Origin: Octopus vulgaris
Taxonomy: Eukaryota
Length of the DNA: 64,000 nt
Direction of reading: 5' to 3'
Assembly (NCBI GenBank): GCA_951406725.2
Contig: OX597821.1
Coordinates: 28,892,001 to 28,956,000, forward strand
The notes under the pieces are model-generated. The model saw only the letters and a list, made by a program, of their open reading frames with translations, was not told the DNA's origin and searched no databases. Made by a program: the position numbers and the translations under genes. Positions 56,190 to 64,000 of this stretch are shown here, one piece after another. Position 1 is the stretch's first letter, and each line of letters starts with the position of its first letter.

Positions 56190-57329
56190 ATTTAACATAA
56201 TAAAATGATATGTATGTATATATACCTACGTGCGTGTCTTTGGGTTTGTGTTAGTCCGCCAACCCCACTTGTCGGCTGGTATTGGTTTGCTTAGAGCTCC
56301 GTAAAAAAAGTCCCATAGCATAAGATAAATGAGTATTAGGGCCGATTCGTTCAACGAACATTTTTCGAGGAGGTACTCCAGCATGACCGCAGTCCAATGA
56401 CTGAGATAAGTGAAAAATAACCATAAAATCATTAAATAATGATTAACGATGGTAATTTTAAACGAGTGGCAAGTCCAACATGACTTATCCAATGACATTT
56501 ATCCCATAAAACTTAATATGAGCTTACCAAGCTTAATTAACTTGAGTGATCGATATTTTACTTTTCATATATTCAGTGCTCGTTTTCCCTCATCCGTTTT
56601 TAGTTCAATGTGTAGCAACATCGCTGGATTAAATGTAAATGTAAAGCAGCTTGTACCTCATAAATATACATAGAGAAATAGGAATTTTGAATCCGGGCCG
56701 GTACCTTACAAGTTCTCTAATATAATCCATCGAATGATATAGAAAATGTTTATAGCAAACAATTGCATTGTATTTCGTCCGATGGTTAAATCCTGAGTTC
56801 CCTTCCTTGGATTTTAGATAGTATACAGAGTGTATATTAAAGACATTGAAAATAAGAATGGGCAATTATACAAACACAAAAGCATTTTTATTACAATATT
56901 ATATACAATAAATTCACGTTAAATCTCAATCTGACAGGTGTTTCTACTACACAGACATCCAAAGATGTGGCGTCCAGTTGTATGTATGCATACTTATCTA
57001 TGCATATACTCATCCGTCCACCCATCCACCCATTCATCCATAAATCAGTCTCTCAACGCATCCATGCACTCACATACATGTCTGTATGTATGTGTGCGCG
57101 TTTAATATACAAATGCGCATATAAACATGTATGTGTGAACATTTGTATAAGTGCAAGTTGGGAATCGACTTGTGCTCAAGTACGACCACCTCTTGAAAAG
57201 TTGTAAATCTCTTGGATGTCATAGAAAAGACGGCGGTGCAGGCATGCATGTATACATATATACATATATAAACATACAAACACAGTGACCTTGAACACAT
57301 TCTTCAGTGTGTCCATGACAAACAACAGC

Positions 57330-57720
57330 AAAATTTTCCAAGTACCGTTTCCCCACTTAACATGAGCAACGCTCAGTTAAGAACCTCAAAGTCGTTCTAA
57401 ATACCCTACTCCCATTCAGGATCTCCCTTGGCCCAAGCACGTCTTTAACACAGCTAAAGCAGCATCCCAAAATTGGTGCCTCAGTTGAGAGTCAAAAATT
57501 AATTCAGTTCTCAACGGTTGGCACTCTAAAGGGCTCCTATGAGGCTTGCAATTGATTCTGCTACGCATAAAGGCATTTTTGATCGCATCAGGAGAATGGC
57601 CATGAAACTAAGTGGAATTTAATCCATCACCGACTTGGTTTGGCTTCTGGCCCACTGATATGCTGTGTTCTTTCACTGTCTTTGCTATCCATACTATAAT
57701 AGCTTGACTTCGTCGGAGAT
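57330..57720 (-). mobile_element. Degraded CRE-like RLE C-terminal fragment
   Basis: Minus-strand remnants resemble RPDG.. and LSVAHVKWGNG (compare QRISVAIQRGN). Confidence 0.45.
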
Positions 57721-57759
57721 GTTAGTTCTTGCCTGTATGACTGAGTTTGTGGTTAATAG

Positions 57760-58385
57760 TGATCTACTTGTGAGGTTTCACCAGATATTACAGTGATGTG
57801 GTTTCTCTTCTGCATGACTACGTTTCTGTCTATTCAACCTACTGCTTCCAGAAATGTTTACGCATGGTTAAGTTTTCTGCATGAGAGAATGATTTATCAT
57901 CCACATCACAGTAATACGGTTTCTTTCCCGTATGAATATAAACATGTATAGTCATGTTAGCATTCTCACAGAATCGTTGGCATCATACTCATGTGCTTTT
58001 TCTCTCGAATGAATACATTTAGACGTAGTTAAGTTACCTTTATGAGAGAAATATTTACCACAGACATCATAATATTATGGACTCTCTCCGATATCAATGG
58101 ATTTGTGTCTAACTCACTTCCTACAGAGAATGATATTTCCCACAGATGTTGCAGTCATATAGTTTATCTCCTGTATGAATGTTTTTGTGCCCAGTTAGAC
58201 CATTTCTTTGAGGGAATGGTTACTACAGTTATCACAGAGAAATGATTTCTCTCCTGAATGAATATACATGTGATTTATTAAGCTTTCTCTGAGAATGATT
58301 TACCACACATATCACAGAGTAAGTTGGTGCATAGATCAATCACCAAGGCCAGAAAACGAATTATCACAGATATCAGTGATATGTA
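57760..58385 (-). pseudogene. Decayed tandem C2H2 zinc-finger array
   Basis: Repeated frameshifted units such as ICGKSFS..HMYIHSGEKSFLCDNC, HKNIHTGDKLYDCNICGK, HVYIHTGKKPYYCDV and HAEEKPHHCNI. Confidence 0.88.
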
Positions 58386-58526
58386 TATATGTCATTGTTC
58401 AATTTTATTTCAAGATTTCTTACCAATAGAGAAAGAGCCGATTTCTAACCTAGATCCAAGGCTCCTTCATTGCAATTTCTACATTAACAACAGGGTATTT
58501 CTGATTGTATTATGTATGTATGTATA

Positions 58527-58742
58527 AGGCGGTGAGCTGGCAGAAACGTTAGCACGCCGGGCGAAATTCTTAACGGTAGTTCGTCTGTCTTTACGTTCTG
58601 AGTTCAAATTCCGCCGAGGTCGACTTTGCCTTTCATCCTTTCGGGGTCAATAAATTAAGTACCAGTTGCATACTGGGGTCGATCCTATCGACTAGCCCCT
58701 CCCCAAAAATTCCGGGCCTTGTGCCTACAGTAGAAAAGATTA
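58527..58742 (+). mobile_element. SINE family B, well-preserved copy
   Basis: GGCGGTGAGCTGGCAGAAACG..GAGTTCAAATTCC..GCCTTTCATCCTTTCGGGGTC. Confidence 0.9.
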
Positions 58743-58779
58743 TGTATGTAAGTATATGTGTGTATGTATTTATGTATAT

Positions 58780-59065
58780 ATAGCTCAGTGGTCAGAGCAT
58801 CGGGCTCACGATTATGAGGTAGTGAGTTCGGTTCCTTGTCCGGGCTGTGTTTTGTCTTCTTGAGCAAAACACTTTATTTCACGTTGCCTCAGTTCACTCA
58901 GTTGTAGAAATGAGTTGCGACATCACTGGTGCCACTCTGTATAGGATTTTGCCTTTCCCTTGGTTAACATTGGTGGTGTGTGGAGAGAGGAGTCCTTTCC
59001 CGGACTTGTGCCTCGGAGGGTAACTGTCTAGGTGTAATCCCATGGTCATTCATGAACAAAGGACG
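58780..59065 (+). mobile_element. SINE family A, diverged
   Basis: TAGCTCAGTGG A box; body homologous to 2263-2600. Confidence 0.8.
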
Positions 59066-59954
59066 CTTTTACATACATACACACATACATACACACACAT
59101 ACACCCTGCACACACACACATATATATATATATATATGTGTGTGTGTTTGTGTGTACCTTTTCCCCACGTAAAGTGAAAGAACCCAATATGCCCCCGATA
59201 TCAGCTTGTAAAGTATAGCCATGTGAGATTAATTCGTATTGTGACTGTTTTTTTTTCCTCTACGACTACGAATGTCCGCTGAAATCACTATCCCAAATAC
59301 CTAGAAATTATCATGAAAACATAAGAAATTAAGAAAATATACGCGCACGTACATAAATGAGTATATGTACAAATACCTATATATGAATGTATACACTGGT
59401 CAATCAAATTCGAACACAGTCGGATTTTCACATTTCATTTTTGAATTTTCTCAATATTACATGGGAGAGTATTTCAATATAAATCTTTACGTTAAAATCT
59501 TAGCCAAAAAGTAAAGTGCTTTACATTCGACAATTGTAGAGAAATGACTGAATTTTTCCTATGAATACTTACTTGTGGGTTTCAACTGGCCAAAGGTTAC
59601 ATACAGTATTATAACCAATCATTGAGCACAATTGCTCAATGATTGGTTTGATGAATGCAGTAACATAGTTGTCTTCGACAGCGCTTATTCATTTTAACCA
59701 AGGAGTCACCTGTAGAGGACTCGGCTAAAATCAGGTGTTGAGAAGCAAATGATACTATAAACTGTGTTTATGCTTTAAACATTTTAAAAAGAAATTAAGT
59801 GCAAATTCGATTTAACAATATTGTCAATATTCTTAGTTTTTGAGTAAGATTAAATTTTGATCATTCATCTTGATATTATTGGCCATTCAGAACGGGTTCA
59901 TTTTTCGTCTTACCCGTCTAAATTTACTTCGGACGTAAAGATTGTAAACTGAAA

Positions 59955-60165
59955 ATATTGATTTCAAAATTTAGCACAAAATCAGCAATTTCAGACCAGT
60001 ACCAGTACTGCTCAACTGGTACTTATTTTATCGACCCCCCACCCTGCACGAACAAGGAAAGGCAAAGTCGACCTCGACGGAATTTGAATTGATAAAGTAA
60101 AAACAGGCGAAATGTTTCTAAGCATTTTTCCCGGTGCGGTAACGATTCTGTCACCTTACCACCTT
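59955..60165 (-). mobile_element. SINE family B
   Basis: GAAAGGCAAAGTCGACCTCGACGGAATTTGAA. Confidence 0.75.
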
Positions 60166-60966
60166 TCGTAAACTGAAGATATTACAAATATTTTCCTACC
60201 GCCTGTTTCTAAATGATTGCTTAATGGGATCTAACGGGCATTAGCGTCCCTAATTTGTCGCTGGCCTACTCAAAAGCGTTCCGATAATTAGTTGCTTGTC
60301 TTGAGAATGTATATTTCTTCACGATTCGGGTCTTCGATGAAAAAGGTCATATTTCTGCTTCGACAGATCATATTTCAATTTGGAAATATTCTCCTTCGGT
60401 TCTGTTGATAGACTGGTCGGTGTATATGAACAGATATGTATCTCACCGATTGCTAGTGCATTTGCATAGGATGAACCTTGTATCATTTTTGTTTAGGTTA
60501 AATTTTCCCTTCTCTTACAATTACTTGAAGTTCAGACAGTAACTAGGTTCTCAGTTCCGATGTTGCATATTTTTTATGAACAGACGAAATAGAAGATAAG
60601 TATAAAATATTGCCTTATAGAGTAAATTCGTCTTCATTATGAGTCCAACGCTACTTAAGCAGAACTTTATTCAGAGCATTCAGAATAACCTTAACCACCA
60701 CCAAACCAACTGCTGGTTTATTCCTCATTTACTTTGCTAATATCAGAATCGTTACCTCGAATACCACGTCGTCATTTGGGTGTTCACGCTCAGGTGGAGC
60801 AGAGTTTTTTTTCACAAAAAGTACTGTTTGTAGTTCCGCGCAGATATTATCCCTTGACGTTGTTGCGTCGGGAAATAAACCTCCTCAGCATGATCGCACC
60901 TGATCAAGAAACAGGAGAATTTGTTCATAGGAAATGGGAATTCTAAGTGTACACACTAATATACAT

Positions 60967-61035
<69 letters not shown>

Positions 61036-61129
61036 CTTCTACACATACATACGATTGGAGAAATACACATAGATCTGTAAAATATATATATGTGTGTGTA
61101 ATATGTATATATATACATACATATATATA

Positions 61130-61169
<40 letters not shown>

Positions 61170-61179
61170 TACATACATG

Positions 61180-61300
<121 letters not shown>

Positions 61301-62954
61301 TACATATATATATACATATATATATACATATATATATATATATGTACATATATAGAAATATTTTTCAATATATTTTGCCGATAAATTTAGATATTTTTGA
61401 AACGCGTTTGCCACATTTAATTAAAACTAACCTGGCAGGCATTTTCTTTCTTTTCATTCTTTGTTGGATCTAACATAGTTGTTATTGTATTTTAACCCAA
61501 CAAACAGCACAAACAGTTCCCCTGTTATTAATCCTAACGGCAATGCAATTCATTTTTTTTTAATATCTTTATATCTTTTTTAATGATATTTTTATCAATT
61601 TTTTTTTTTTTTTTTGCTGTTTTGGGGTAGAAAACTTCAATGCACAATTATACTGAAAACAAAAGATATTGATTTTTTTGTCAAGCATTTCAGAAGTGGC
61701 TTCAAAAAGATTTGATCGTCCTTCATACTAAAGAGTTTAGATATGGAATAGTTACACTAAATATATCGCAGTTTTATAGAGAAGGGCAATTATTTTCCTA
61801 AAATAGTGGAGAGGAAGATTATCCCACCCACCTATTCAAAATTAACACACATAACCACGCACGCACGCACGCACACACACAGACACACATATAGAACCAT
61901 ATGCTCACATGCAATTTCAAGTCATGTGTCTATTTATCTAAAAGCATGGATATGCACGCGGTAGTGCATGTATGTGTACGATTGTGTGTACACATACATG
62001 TCTGGCTTTGTACCTTTATTTGCATGTGCGTGAGTGTGTGCGTGTGTGTGTGTGCGCGCACACATGATTGTATGCATATATATATATATCGCATACCGTA
62101 CACACATATATACATACACACACTCAAAAATATACAAATACCTATGTATATTCATATGCTTTCATATATATATATATGTATATATATATATATTATATAT
62201 TATATATATATATGTATATAAACACACTGACATACACACACACTTATAAATATATAGGTAGATAGATAGACACACACGCACATGCGCACATATACACATG
62301 ACACATAGATCAAAGTGCCTCTGTATATATCTAGCTTTTTCCTCAGTTCTTTTCTCTGCATTTCTTGATAATACCCTGACTCATAGTGCCTCTCTAATGA
62401 ATAATTTATAGCTTCCGCTTCCGTCTGTATCACCACAGTATATTTCTATGTAAGCCCAATTATGGATTTTCTCTTTCCCTTTTATTGATGTTCATCATTT
62501 CTAGATCTATCCCTCACGTGGACATCTTTCGAGACATAAAACTTCAAATAAAAATGTGAATTAGAATTTACATTAATGTTCTTTTCAATTTTTGTCGCTT
62601 TCTCGTTTTTGTGTTTTGGGTTTTTTAATAGAAACGTCAAGGCATATAGAAAATATTTATAAAAAAATTTAACTATTGATGTATACCATATTTTCCCACC
62701 AGAATTACAATAAGAATGTAGGAATAAATGTTGTGATAGAAATGAAATAAACAAAAAATATACAGTGTGGCTGTGAGGCTAAACATTTCTCTTCGGAATC
62801 ATATAATTCCATGTTCGATGCAACTCTGTGACTGTCACCTTAGACATGTGTAATCGACGTGGGTTTCAACTTTACCAATTTCTTTGTGAAGAAATTGCAC
62901 AAAAAGATATCCCATGTGTGTGTGTGTCTGTCTGTCTTTCTGTGTGCGTGTATC

Positions 62955-63151
62955 CTTTACTGTTTATTTGTTTCGGTCACAAGACTGTGGCCATGCTAGG
63001 GCACCGCCTTGAAGCAATTTAGTCGATCGAATTGACTTGATCTTTTCTTCATTTATTTATTCTATCGGTCTCTTTTGGCAAAAGCCTTATGTTACGTGAA
63101 CGGAAACACAGCAACACCGGCTTTCGAACGGTAGTGGTGGACAAAAGCAAC

Positions 63152-63196
<45 letters not shown>

Positions 63197-63380
63197 TTAT
63201 ATACGCACACACACATATATTTATATGTATATATAAAGATACAAAAGGTTTCTTTCAGTTTCAGCGAGCATAATTCGCTTACAAATCCTTGGTCGGCCCA
63301 AAATACCACCCAGTGGGAGTGATCCCGACACCATGAGGCTGGGAAGCAAACTTCTTACCACCCAGCTACGCTGGTGCCAA
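62955..63380 (-). mobile_element. SINE family C, old copy
   Basis: GGCCATGCTAGGGCACCGCC tail and GGAAGCAAACTTCTTACCAC head. Confidence 0.7.
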
Positions 63381-63421
63381 TTTCCACACATACATATATC
63401 TGTACAAATATATATGTATAC

Positions 63422-63561
<140 letters not shown>

Positions 63562-63786
63562 TATACATATATATAGATACATCTGTACAAATATATATGT
63601 ATAAATATATATACAGTGTGTGTATATATATATATTGATATTTTGTTTAGGCATAGCGAGACTAACACTCAACTAAGAGTCCACCACTTCTTAAAGCAGA
63701 AACACCTGTAAGCTAATGAAGTTCATAACATAACATTTGGTTTATTCCGGTTCCATCTCTTTTTTTTTTACATATATATATATATA

Positions 63787-64000
63787 CTAGCTTAAGGTGA
63801 CCCGCTCTACGCGCGGGTAAGAGTGTGGTTGTTGCTTTCTGTTGCTTCCTTTCTATTTTTTATCACCACATTCTCCCTCTTTGTTTCTCTCTCCTTTCTC
63901 TCTTACTCTTCCTATCGGACTCTCTCTCTCTCTCTCTCGCTTTTTCTTACTCCCTATCTTTCTCTATCTAACTCTCTCCCATTTATTAACAACAAAAGAT
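63787..64000 (-). mobile_element. Probable Helitron 3' end (runs off the window)
   Basis: Minus strand CCCGCGCGTAGAGCGGG hairpin, ~10 nt, then CTAG|T. Confidence 0.6.

Overview
AT-rich, repeat-saturated eukaryotic non-coding DNA. The SINE families, the microsatellite load and the style of a decayed C2H2 array suggest an octopus (coleoid cephalopod) genome; this is an inference. I find no intact protein-coding gene, and almost all listed ORFs are translations of microsatellites or SINEs. The window holds dozens of tRNA-derived SINEs, remnants of R4/Dong, CR1, L1/Tx1, CRE and Penelope retroelements, a full-length but frameshifted mariner, Helitrons, MITEs and a C2H2 zinc-finger pseudogene. The main result is a set of unrelated non-coding elements sitting in (TA)n tracts, each carrying a type I hammerhead ribozyme motif with a palindromic or near-palindromic mini stem III. 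These are a 474-bp unit array (six ribozyme copies, a head-to-head inversion, an alternating two-unit pattern), a 352-bp tandem array, and two further single-ribozyme elements. They look like non-LTR retrozymes or Penelope pseudo-LTR derivatives that could produce circular RNAs. Coordinates were counted by hand and may be off by a few bases at degraded ends.
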